Positions 10,046 through 18,551 are shown, counted from the stretch's first letter. The stretch: 64,000 nt of DNA from Nitrosopumilus sp. (GCA_965207075.1 CBDBLO010000002.1:1504001-1568000); one strand, 5' to 3'. Notes: a model not told the origin generated them from the letters alone. Made by a program: numbers and translations.

Positions 10046-11531
10046 AATTCTGTTTCCTAATTCCGCCGTGGGCATCCGCCCCTGCGGCTTTGAGGCAGGC
10101 ATGCGTTAATTTGTTCAATAAAATTTGACAAAACGGCCAAAGGGCGCTCATGCAGGCGTTGAAATGCTTATGGCGAAAGTCAGACACGATGTATCCCACA
10201 TCTGCGTGCCCAGACAGACGCCAACGCCTGTTCGCGGCGTCGGCATTTAACCATGACTCGATCCCCCCTCCGGGCGCCTGCCGGGGCGGCGCGGCGCGGC
10301 CAGCCCGGGGGAATTCGGCGTACTGGAGGGGGCGGAGCCGCCCATGAGCCGGACGCGGGGCGCCGCAGCGGCGGGAACGGACAACGAAAAGTACGTCAGG
10401 CGCGGCGCGGACCTGTTCATAGAGTATGATCCAGGGTGGGAGGATGACGTGGGGCGCGCAAACGAGGGCAAGGTCGGCGCCCCGTACCGGTACGCGGAGA
10501 CGCTCATCATGCTGGCCGCCGCCTTCAGGGGCGCGCTGGGGATCCGGTACAGACAGCTCGAGGGGATGGTCGGGAAGATGGTAGGCGGATCCAACACGCC
10601 CGCATACAGCCAGCTGTACAAGCGGATCAACAGGCTTGACGCGGACATCCGCCGGAACCCGGACGGGATGGTGACGGTGTCGGACAGGAAGGGGTCGCGG
10701 ATGCTGGCGCTCGACGCAAGCGGGCTCAAGCAGCACAACAGGGGCGAGTGGATGAGGGCCAAGTGGAGGGTTAGGCGGGGCTTTGTAAAGATGCACGTGC
10801 TGGTCGACACGGAGACCATGAAGATACTCGCGCTGGAGGTCACGGACGATGCCGTGGGGGACTCGACCATGTTCGAGTCGCTGCTCGGACAGGTAGTGGA
10901 CGCGGGCGGCGCGCGGCACACGGAGCCGCCCGCCGCGCCACGTTCCGGCGGCGGCCCGAGATACGAAAACCTTCTCGCGTCCGGCATCCCCCCGCTCGCG
11001 TCATTCTTCCCGGGCGCCCCCCGGAACCGGGCCGCGCCCGACCTCCTGCTTGGCGACGCCGCGTACGGATCAAGGAAGAACGTGGCCGCGTGCGCGCGGG
11101 CAGGGGTGACCCCTGGCATTGCACACACCATCAACGTGACGGCGCGTGGCAGGGGATCCGGCGACGCGTGGGGCATATCCGTAAGGGACCAGATGGGCGG
11201 AAGCCCCGACGCGACGCGCCTGGACCTGATGGGCAGGGAGGAGAAGAGGGAGAACCAGGCGTACTGGAAGGCCCGCATAGGCTACGGCCACCGCTGGATC
11301 GCGGAGGCCGTGTTTTCGGTATTCAAGCGCCTGTTCGGCGAGCACCTGATGGCCCTCAAGTGGGAGAACATCGTGCAGGAGATAAGGCTCAAGGTGATCC
11401 AGTACAACAAGTGGAGGGATGAGTCGATAGCGCGCGAGGCGGGAGGCGGGACTTTCTGATGGTGTGACGACCATGTCGTCGTCCGATAGGAATCCAACAG
11501 GCACCCAGACGGCGAATTAGGAAACAGAATT
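10046..11531 (+). mobile_element. IS5-family insertion sequence, complete
   Basis: TIRs AATTCTGTTTCCTAATTC(C)GCC and GGCGAATTAGGAAACAGAATT. 8-bp TSD TTAAGATA at 10038-10045 and 11532-11539. Confidence 0.92.
10344..11459 (+). CDS. IS5-family DDE transposase
   Basis: YRQLEG, P.YSQLYKR, LDASGLK..RGEW, K.H..VD, GDAAYG and RW.AE.VFS..KR..GE motifs. Confidence 0.93.
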   Translation: MSRTRGAAAAGTDNEKYVRRGADLFIEYDPGWEDDVGRANEGKVGAPYRYAETLIMLAAAFRGALGIRYRQLEGMVGKMVGGSNTPAYSQLYKRINRLDADIRRNPDGMVTVSDRKGSRMLALDASGLKQHNRGEWMRAKWRVRRGFVKMHVLVDTETMKILALEVTDDAVGDSTMFESLLGQVVDAGGARHTEPPAAPRSGGGPRYENLLASGIPPLASFFPGAPRNRAAPDLLLGDAAYGSRKNVAACARAGVTPGIAHTINVTARGRGSGDAWGISVRDQMGGSPDATRLDLMGREEKRENQAYWKARIGYGHRWIAEAVFSVFKRLFGEHLMALKWENIVQEIRLKVIQYNKWRDESIAREAGGGTF

Positions 11532-11539
11532 TTAAGATA

Positions 11540-11630
11540 ATGAGATTTTTATACTATGGGGACGTACTCCATATGCGGTTCCGCATTGCAATGCATGCTA
11601 CGGGAAGCTTCGGTGAACCCAGGAATCGCA
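11540..11630 (-). ncRNA. Candidate structured RNA 3' of the DUF3800 gene
   Basis: About 90 nt directly after the reconstructed DUF3800 stop. Contains hairpins ATGCGG-nn-CCGCAT (11573-11586) and TATGG..CCATA (11555-11573) and palindrome GCATTGCAATGC. DUF3800 genes are known to carry adjacent RNA motifs. Confidence 0.3.
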
Positions 11631-11710
11631 TTATAGTTCCACTTTGCCGGTGGAGTGGACCCCCTGTTTTGGTACCATTTCTTGCTCCAAAATCCGAATG
11701 ATTCCTGCCC

Positions 11711-12544
11711 TCATTTATTCGTCATCTCCCACAGTTCGACAAACTCTGCCGGTGTCATGTACCCGATAGAGGAGTGTATCCGCTCTTTGTTGTAGTCGGC
11801 AATGGCTTCTGCAATGATCTTCTCTGCCTCCTGGTAATTGGCAAACTCATGCGGCCAGATGTACTCCTTTTTGAGGGTCTTGTGGAACGACTCGACGTGC
11901 CCGTTCTGCTCCGGTGTGTTCTTCCAGATGAACTCGTGCTTGCCGATGCCCAGGGCCCGGACCGCGCGCCTGAAGTCTCGGCTCGCGTACTGGTTGCCGT
12001 TGTCAGTGCGCAGCCGCAGCCTGGAGCAGTCGGGCCTTTCCGCGGCGACCGCGTTTGTGATCGAGTCGATTGCCACGTCCCTCGTGGCATGGACGTCAAA
12101 CGCGTACGCGATCCACTTGCGCGTAAAGCAGTCTATCACGTTGAAACAGTAGCACCAGCCGTCAATGCCGCACCAGACGTACGTGATGTCAGTCTCCCAC
12201 AGCCGGTTCGGGGCCTCTGGCTTGAAGAGCCTGCGGCCTGCCCGGATGATGTCGTTTTTCGTCTTTTGCGGCTGGATGTAGCCTATCCTGCGGTATATCC
12301 GCTGCACTTTCTTGCGGTTTGTGGACACGCCGGTCTCGCGGGCCACCTGGGCCGCCATTCTTCTGGTTCCATACGTGGGACGCCTGGCCGCAATGCGCCT
12401 GACCACCCGGACGGCGTCCGCGTCCACCGGGACGTTCCTTGGACGCGCAGTGTAATACCATGCCTGCTTGGACATGCCGCAGTATCCCAGCGCCCTGTTG
12501 AGGCTCATATATTTCGCTGCCTTGGTGACTGCCTCCATCCTCAT
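11711..12544 (-). CDS. IS3 transposase OrfB (rve/DDE integrase core)
   Basis: YGTRRM, W.TDITY, VIDCFTR, TDNG.QY and N..ESFHKTLKKE..YN..R.HSSIGY.TP motifs. Confidence 0.95.
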   Translation of the reverse strand: MRMEAVTKAAKYMSLNRALGYCGMSKQAWYYTARPRNVPVDADAVRVVRRIAARRPTYGTRRMAAQVARETGVSTNRKKVQRIYRRIGYIQPQKTKNDIIRAGRRLFKPEAPNRLWETDITYVWCGIDGWCYCFNVIDCFTRKWIAYAFDVHATRDVAIDSITNAVAAERPDCSRLRLRTDNGNQYASRDFRRAVRALGIGKHEFIWKNTPEQNGHVESFHKTLKKEYIWPHEFANYQEAEKIIAEAIADYNKERIHSSIGYMTPAEFVELWEMTNK

Positions 12545-12822
12545 CTTTTTGCCCCCTCCAAAGTTTTTTTTAAAACGTCGTTGGCTATGGTGATCTCTGC
12601 GATTATGCGCTTGAGGTGTTCAATCTCCCGGACGTGGCTCTTGTCAACGTCCCCGTGGCTGGCAAGCGCCTGCTTGCCACCCTGCAGGAACTTGTCCTTC
12701 CAGTCCTGGAAGGTCGCAGGGGAGACATTGTGCTTGCGGCACAGCTCGGCGGCAGATATGCGGGTGGTAAAAAACTCCACCACCGCGTCGGCCTTGTCTT
12801 GCGGGCTGCGTCTCTTGCTCAT
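12541..12822 (-). CDS. IS3 transposase OrfA (HTH + leucine zipper)
   Basis: ELCRKHNVSPATFQDWK HTH and EIEHLKRIIAE..N.VLKK. A8 slippery run near its 3' end (12564-12571). Confidence 0.92.
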   Translation of the reverse strand: MSKRRSPQDKADAVVEFFTTRISAAELCRKHNVSPATFQDWKDKFLQGGKQALASHGDVDKSHVREIEHLKRIIAEITIANDVLKKTLEGAKR

Positions 12823-13625
12823 GCCCCTGCTGCCGCCTCCTGCACCCTTAAGCATTCGGTTTTGATCGGTCTCACTTTAGCGGGGTCCAGCCCACCGGTA
12901 CGAAACTTCTCTCCATGCAGATTGAAGTATTTGTGCATTATCAACTTATAATATGAAGAGTATTGGCCGCTCATCCTGTAGGTATATGGAAGGTACGCAA
13001 AAAAGTCTGCAAGGTTTAGGATCGGTTGCTGCGTGGGGTCTCCGTTTTGCACGCGTGGATTGATTCTGGTTAAGTCCGTTGGCTTTGGAAAGTTACTGTG
13101 CTTTTGCAATCGCCGGATTGCTTGCTTGATTCTTCTTTCCATCTTTGCGTTGAGCCTTTCGTATATCACGGTGCCGTATGAATCGCGCTCCTCAAGAAAA
13201 TACTGGAACCGTTCCTGCAACAGGTGCAGCGCATACGCCCTTGGGCTTACGGGTTCCGGATACTTGGAATGGGCTGCTAGGCCTATGGATGCCGAAATCA
13301 GCGTGCAATCCAGCCGGTTTATGATGTCAAAGACGTCCTTCTCGAGGCCCTCCCTGTCGTCGATAGGTATCTGGTCGTATGGAGGCTTGTTGTTCCGCAA
13401 CGGATAGTAGTGCAGTTTGAATTTTTCAGGCAGCGGATTCCCGTGAAAGCGGTAATAGAGCATGTAATCGTATTCATCTTCAAAACGTTGTACGGTAGAC
13501 TCGTCTACGATTATCCCTCCTAGCACAAAATACGGAGAGCTTCCAACTATAGGCTTTTTGTCGGCATCTAGGTAGTCGCCCTCATCGCCGCTTTCATCAA
13601 CATAGAGGTTATACGTCATACGCAT
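12819..13625 (-). CDS. DUF3800 (RNase H-like) protein; native C-terminus displaced by IS3
   Basis: N-terminal YVDESGD..FVLGG, central 'ERFQYFL', C-terminal 'LADFFAY'. Native tail (..RTG)KVEL* lies at 11631-11646 beyond the IS. Confidence 0.85.
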   Translation of the reverse strand: MRMTYNLYVDESGDEGDYLDADKKPIVGSSPYFVLGGIIVDESTVQRFEDEYDYMLYYRFHGNPLPEKFKLHYYPLRNNKPPYDQIPIDDREGLEKDVFDIINRLDCTLISASIGLAAHSKYPEPVSPRAYALHLLQERFQYFLEERDSYGTVIYERLNAKMERRIKQAIRRLQKHSNFPKPTDLTRINPRVQNGDPTQQPILNLADFFAYLPYTYRMSGQYSSYYKLIMHKYFNLHGEKFRTGGLDPAKVRPIKTECLRVQEAAAGA

Positions 13626-13679
13626 CAGTCCTTTTCCGATCTAGGCGGGCCTCCCGTGCTTAAAGCACTTTACAACCGG

Positions 13680-13763
13680 GGTATTGTTTCCAATCATGAC
13701 ATAAGCACGACTGATGTGGCGGGATCGATGGGATTCGCGGTATCACGAATTGGAAGCAGGGCC
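13680..13763. repeat. Palindromic mini-element, copy 2
   Basis: Same core (GCACGACTGA..GGGATCGATGGGATTCG). Right arm TATCACGAATTGGAAGCAGGGCC nearly intact; left arm decayed. Confidence 0.9.
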
Positions 13764-13771
13764 TTTAGACA

Positions 13772-13856
13772 GGTACCGTTTCCAATTCATGACATAGGCA
13801 CGACTGATGTGGCGGGATCGATGGGATTCGTTACATCACGAATTGGAAGCAGTGCC
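13772..13856. repeat. Palindromic mini-element, copy 3
   Basis: Tandem to copy 2, separated by TTTAGACA. Right arm ATCACGAATTGGAAGCAGTGCC intact. Confidence 0.9.
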
Positions 13857-13898
13857 GACGCGCCAAACATACAAAAACAGCGTCAGGGTTCTATCAAC

Positions 13899-15614
13899 AT
13901 GCAGTCGGCTGCCAAGTTCATCTTTGTGACGGGCGGCGTGATGTCGGGTCTTGGCAAGGGGGTCACCACCTCGTCGATTGCAAAGCTCCTGCAGCTTGCG
14001 GATCAGAGGGTCTCGTGCGTAAAGATAGACCCCTACCTGAACTATGACGCGGGCACCATGAACCCCGTGGCGCACGGCGAGGTGTTCGTAACGGAGGACG
14101 GCGGCGAGTGCGACATGGACATTGGAAACTACGAGAGGTTTCTCAACCAGAACATACCAAAGAGCCACAACATAACGACGGCCCAGGTGTACTCGTCGGT
14201 CATTGACGCAGAGCGTCGGGGCGAGTACCTTGGCGCCTGCGTGCAGATAATACCGCACATAACAGACGAGATAAAGAGGCGCATACGGGCGATTGCCTAC
14301 GGCGAGGACGGCGCAGGCGGCTTCGGCGACAGTGACGGGGGCAACGGCAGCGGCAGCGGCAACGACTCCAAGCCAAGGTTCCTCATAGTGGAGTGCGGCG
14401 GCACCGTAGGCGACATCGAGTCGCTCCCGTTCCTGGAGGCCCTCAGGCAGATGCGCATAGAGGAGGGCCCGCACAACGTGCTGTTCGTGCACGTGACGCT
14501 CGCGCCAGAGCTTGACGTCGTAGGCGAGCAGAAGACAAAGCCCACGCAGCACAGCGTCCAGGAGCTCCGCCGCATAGGAATCCAGCCGGACTTTATAGCC
14601 GCAAGGTGCACCAGCCCGCTTGGCGAGAAGATAAAGCAGAAGATTGCAATGTTTACAAACGTAACGCCCCAAGACGTGCTGTCGTGCCACGACGCCGAGT
14701 CCATACTCCAGGTGCCGCAGATGCTGCACGAGCAGGGCATAATGGATTCCATATATACAAAATTCGGCATATTCGGAATGCTCAACACCTACTCGAACTG
14801 GGACAGGTGGAACGCCATAGTCAAGAGCATGGCGCATCCGGGAAAGGATCCCATAAGCATTGCAATGGTGGGCAAGTACGTCACGCTGGCGGACAGCTAC
14901 GTCAGCGTCAACCACGCGCTAAAGCACGCCGGCGCGTCCATATCAAGGCCGGTGAACATAGACTGGATCGACTCGGAGTCGATCACCGACTGCGGCATGC
15001 TCTCAAAGTACGACGGCATACTGGTGCCCGGCGGCTTCGGTACGCGCGGCTCGGAGGGAATAATGGACACGGCCACGTACGCGCGGCAAAACGACATACC
15101 GTACCTGGGGATATGCTTCGGGTTCCAGCTCGCGGCAATCGCGTTTGGCAGAAGCGTCCTGGGACTGGAGGGGGCCAACTCCACTGAGATCGACCCGGAC
15201 ACGCCGCATCCGGTGGTGGACCTGCTGCCGGAGCAGAAGGGCGTCTCGGAGATGGGCGGCTCGCTGAGGCTCGGGTCCAACGCGATATCAATATCGGAGG
15301 GCACCATGGCCCGGAAGGTGTACGGCGGCGCGGCGCAGATATCAAAGCGGCACCGCCACAGGTACGAGATAAACGCCGAGTTCATACCGGCCCTGAGGGA
15401 CAAGGGCGCCATATTCTCAGCCGAGAGCGACGCGGGCAGGAGGATGGAGATTATGGAGATTCCGTCCCACAGGTTCTACATGGGGGTGCAGTTCCATCCC
15501 GAGTTCAACAGCAGGCCCGGCTTTCCGGAGGAGTCGTTTGCGGCCTTTGTCAGGGCGGCGGCGGAGCGCGCAAACGAGCGCGCCGGCTCCGCGGCAGGCG
15601 ACGGGGCCGCCTGA
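13899..15614 (+). CDS. pyrG: CTP synthase
   Basis: KFIFVTGGVMSGLGKG, KIDPYLN, GGTVGDIES, KTKPTQHSV, GICFG and QFHPEF motifs. Start moved to ATG 13899 because the upstream ORF extension is the repeats. Confidence 0.97.
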   Translation: MQSAAKFIFVTGGVMSGLGKGVTTSSIAKLLQLADQRVSCVKIDPYLNYDAGTMNPVAHGEVFVTEDGGECDMDIGNYERFLNQNIPKSHNITTAQVYSSVIDAERRGEYLGACVQIIPHITDEIKRRIRAIAYGEDGAGGFGDSDGGNGSGSGNDSKPRFLIVECGGTVGDIESLPFLEALRQMRIEEGPHNVLFVHVTLAPELDVVGEQKTKPTQHSVQELRRIGIQPDFIAARCTSPLGEKIKQKIAMFTNVTPQDVLSCHDAESILQVPQMLHEQGIMDSIYTKFGIFGMLNTYSNWDRWNAIVKSMAHPGKDPISIAMVGKYVTLADSYVSVNHALKHAGASISRPVNIDWIDSESITDCGMLSKYDGILVPGGFGTRGSEGIMDTATYARQNDIPYLGICFGFQLAAIAFGRSVLGLEGANSTEIDPDTPHPVVDLLPEQKGVSEMGGSLRLGSNAISISEGTMARKVYGGAAQISKRHRHRYEINAEFIPALRDKGAIFSAESDAGRRMEIMEIPSHRFYMGVQFHPEFNSRPGFPEESFAAFVRAAAERANERAGSAAGDGAA

Positions 15615-15632
15615 CGGCGCCAAGCCCCGCGC

Positions 15633-16637
15633 TCACTTGATCCCGTGCGACATCTCGTATATCTTCTGGCGGGCGTCCCGGGCCGAGATCTTTTTCTTGA
15701 CGTATCCCTTCTCCACCAGGTTGCGGAGGGCCAGCCGTACGGTCCGGCCGGGAAGAAGCGTCTTTCTCTCAAGCTCCCTGTGCGTGAGCTCGCCCTCGTA
15801 CTCGAGGGTCTTGAGTATGAGCTTGGAGCTCGGTGGCATGCGGAGGAGGTCCTCGGCCAGGTGCACCTTCTTTGCAAGGGCCGCGATGGCGGTGGGCGAC
15901 TTCCTGAGCCGCACTATCCTCGCCGGCGGGTGGAACTGCGTGCACTCCATCGACTTGTCCACCCTGAGGCGGTCGAGCCCGTCGAGCACCACCTCGCAGT
16001 GGAGCTTGGAGGAGATGTCCTCCACCTCTATCACGCTGTCGTTTGACGCTATGACCGGCCTCCGCGTCACGTCAAGCGAGTTGACCGACATTATCTCAAA
16101 GACGTCCGCGTCCTGGAACAGCACGGGCCCGCCCGCCGACATGGAGTACGCCGAGGAGCCTATCGGGGTCGACACGATGACGCCGTCGCTGCTGTCGTGC
16201 CAGACCTCGTCGCCGTTGACCCGCAGCGTGTGCTCCATGAGCATGGCGCTCTTTGAGGGGAATACAGCCGCGTCGTTGAGCACCGGGTAGGCGTTCCTGC
16301 CGTCGATCCGGACCCCGAGCCGCGGAAACTCCTCTATCGTGTAGTTCTGCCGCTTTAGCACGTCCACGTGCGACGGCAGCTCCCTGAGGTCTATCTGCGC
16401 AAGAAACCCACTGCTCTCGCCCTCGCTGATCCCCAGGACCGGGACCGACGCGTCCTGCGCGCGGTGAAAGTACGTGCGCACGCCCTTGTCGCCCCCGAGC
16501 ACGATGATGCAGTCCGCGTCCCCGGCGGACTTGGGAGACGCGGTGGACACTGAGGATATCCCGGCGCGCTCCAGTATCCTCTGTATCGAGCGCGCAGCCG
16601 AGGCCGACACGGCGGGCCTGCAGATGCAGATGTGCAT
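15633..16637 (-). CDS. nadK: NAD(+) kinase with C-terminal HTH
   Basis: GGDKG, LND and DGVIVSTPIGSSAYSMSAGGP motifs; MarR-like C-terminal domain. Confidence 0.88.
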   Translation of the reverse strand: MHICICRPAVSASAARSIQRILERAGISSVSTASPKSAGDADCIIVLGGDKGVRTYFHRAQDASVPVLGISEGESSGFLAQIDLRELPSHVDVLKRQNYTIEEFPRLGVRIDGRNAYPVLNDAAVFPSKSAMLMEHTLRVNGDEVWHDSSDGVIVSTPIGSSAYSMSAGGPVLFQDADVFEIMSVNSLDVTRRPVIASNDSVIEVEDISSKLHCEVVLDGLDRLRVDKSMECTQFHPPARIVRLRKSPTAIAALAKKVHLAEDLLRMPPSSKLILKTLEYEGELTHRELERKTLLPGRTVRLALRNLVEKGYVKKKISARDARQKIYEMSHGIK

Positions 16638-16700
16638 GACGTGCCAAGGCGCGCGTGCAATAAAAAGAGTGGCAGGATGCGCGCCGTGCGGCGGCCGCGC

Positions 16701-17588
16701 TCAGAGTGTCCTGAAGTTCACCATGTTGTAAAAGTAGGAGGCGTTCGTCTGCACGGCGCCCTTGCGCGGCACCTTTTGCAGCCCGACCTTTTTGGAGTCG
16801 AGCGCCGCCTGCGCGGCGCCGCCCGCAAAGCACAGGGCCCACAGAAAGTCCCGCTCCCTTACCATGGTGCAACAGAACGCCGCGCAGAACATGTCCCCCA
16901 CCCCGGTCGTGTCATGGATGCTCTTGTTTGGCAGCCTGATAGAGTATACCTTGTCCCCGTTGAGAAGCGAGATGTCCGCCTTGTCGGTGTACAGCACGTT
17001 CTCCACGCCCTTTTTCTGGAGAGCGACCATGGCGTCCTGCCCGGACCCGCCGGTCAGGTGGCGCGCCTCGTCGGCGTTCACCTTTATGGCCCCCACACCC
17101 GCCAGGTCCAGGTCGGCGTCCCGGAGCGCCACGTCGCCGCCGGGGCCTTCCCGCACCCTCAGAAACCCCTGCGGGTCCACAAGCAGGAACCTCGAGTCCC
17201 TCCTTATCTCCGAGAAGACGTCGGCAGAGATCTCCCCGCACAGGGGGCTTGCGATGGTGCAGTCCGCGCCGTCCGCGCGCTCGTACGGTATGTCGTCGCA
17301 CGCGTGCGCCAGGCGCAGTGTCCGCTCGGCTCCCTCCACGGCGATCGAGAACCGGGTGGTGCCGGAGTCCGACACGGAGGCGCCGCTGTACGATATCCCG
17401 TTGTCGTCGAGGTACTGTCTTGGAAAGTCAGGGCCGAACCGGGTAACCATGCGGGCCGCGAACCCGAACTGGCGCGCCACGAGCGCGCAGTAGCATGCCG
17501 AGCCTCCGATCTGCTCGTGCGTCTGGCCCCCTACAGTAATGCTGTCGATGGTGCAGTGCCCGTACACGGCAAGGCTCCTCTTTGCCAC
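16701..17588 (-). CDS. PfkB/ribokinase family carbohydrate kinase
   Basis: GGSACY, VDPQG, KVNADE and DTTGVGDMF motifs. Confidence 0.88.
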   Translation of the reverse strand: MAKRSLAVYGHCTIDSITVGGQTHEQIGGSACYCALVARQFGFAARMVTRFGPDFPRQYLDDNGISYSGASVSDSGTTRFSIAVEGAERTLRLAHACDDIPYERADGADCTIASPLCGEISADVFSEIRRDSRFLLVDPQGFLRVREGPGGDVALRDADLDLAGVGAIKVNADEARHLTGGSGQDAMVALQKKGVENVLYTDKADISLLNGDKVYSIRLPNKSIHDTTGVGDMFCAAFCCTMVRERDFLWALCFAGGAAQAALDSKKVGLQKVPRKGAVQTNASYFYNMVNFRTL

Positions 17589-17933
17589 AGGTTTCCGGCT
17601 TCCTGTGCCGATTTAGTTTTTTGCATCGGCCTTTGCCAGGCAGTCCGCACACAGTATGCGCCCGCGCGACACTATCAGCCTCACGTTTGAGCGCAGGCAG
17701 AAGTGGCACAGTCCGACCGTGTGCTCCATGCATCATTATGCACACACTCAGATTAAAAGATGATCATAGTAGAGAACGGGCAGACCCTTGGGACCCCCAC
17801 AGGCCGGAAAGCGGCGGGGCTCGCGTATGTTTGACTGCCTCATGCGTTCTTTGGCCACGTGCCGGGCATTCCATTTGGAGGAGGGGATTCCTTCCAACGA
17901 CAGGCAATGCACGAGAGTCAATAGGTCGCATCC

Positions 17934-17984
17934 GCCACAGCTCCATCCCCGCCACAGCTCCATCCCCGCCACAGCTCCATCCCC
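17934..17984. repeat. Tandem repeat, 3 x 17 bp (GCCACAGCTCCATCCCC)
   Basis: Three exact copies at 17934, 17951 and 17968. Confidence 0.9.
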
Positions 17985-18135
17985 GACGTCTCCTGAAACG
18001 TGCACGGCGCGTGGCCGGTGAAACGTCACATACGCGTGGAACCAAGAGCGCGGCAAGCCGCGGGCGCTGTGATTTGGCCGACTCGGATCAGATTGCCATG
18101 CGCAGGATTATAAGGAGGCACGGCGTCCGCACTGC

Positions 18136-18423
18136 ATGCCATTGAAGCGCGCGAGCCGCGGGCGCACGAAAGGCGGCAAGGGCTACTCCGGAGTGGTCCA
18201 GTGCACCAACTGCGGACAGACGGTCCCAAAGGACAAGGCAAAAAAGGTCACGTCCCGGCTCAACCTGGTAGAGCACACACTGGCAAAGGAGCTGCGGGCG
18301 CAGGGCGCGTACATCGCGTCCCCAACCGTCCTAAAGTGGTACTGCATATCGTGCGCGATACACTTCAAGATACTAAAGATAAGGTCGGCAGACAACAGGC
18401 GCAAGCGCGGCAAGCTGCGCTAG
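18136..18423 (+). CDS. rps26e: 30S ribosomal protein S26e
   Basis: MPLKRASRGRTKGGKG..VQCTNCG..VPKDKAKK..YCISCAIH. Confidence 0.96.
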   Translation: MPLKRASRGRTKGGKGYSGVVQCTNCGQTVPKDKAKKVTSRLNLVEHTLAKELRAQGAYIASPTVLKWYCISCAIHFKILKIRSADNRRKRGKLR

Positions 18424-18551
18424 CTGGCGCGGGTGCCCCGCCGGCATGCGCGGGTGCAGAGCCGTTGCGGACACCGGGGGCTCATCAGATAGTGCGCGCG
18501 CCCAGGCCCGCGCGCAGAGCCAATATCGGAGGTCGGCGCCAGATAATGTCA

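Larger units (their letters stand above)
11651..12894 (-). mobile_element. IS3-family insertion sequence, complete, inserted in the DUF3800 3' end
   Basis: Ends TG...CA; TIRs TGGAGTGGACCCC and GGGGTCCAGCCCA. 4-bp TSD CCGG at 11647-11650 and 12895-12898. Confidence 0.92.
9946..13771. mobile_element. Composite unit bounded by mini-element copies 1 and 2, with 8-bp direct repeat TTTAGACA; cargo DUF3800
   Basis: TTTAGACA at 9946-9953 and 13764-13771 directly abuts the outer ends of copy 1 (9954) and copy 2 (13763). Confidence 0.7.

Noticed and set aside
9954-13856. 85-bp repeats as a CRISPR array
   Set aside because: Units are too long, the internal cores are conserved rather than unique spacers, there are only three copies, and no cas genes are present.
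9954-13856. 85-bp repeats as canonical integron attC sites
   Set aside because: No RYYYAAC/GTTRRRY core sites, the arms are perfectly paired without extrahelical bases, and there is no tyrosine recombinase in the window. An 8-bp duplication fits DDE transposition better.
13656-13898. Repeated N-terminal extension of PyrG (HDI.TTDVAGSMGF x2)
   Set aside because: It is simply the translation of mini-element copies 2 and 3. PyrG homology starts at ATG 13899.
17934-17984. Mini-CRISPR
   Set aside because: The repeats are contiguous with no spacers.
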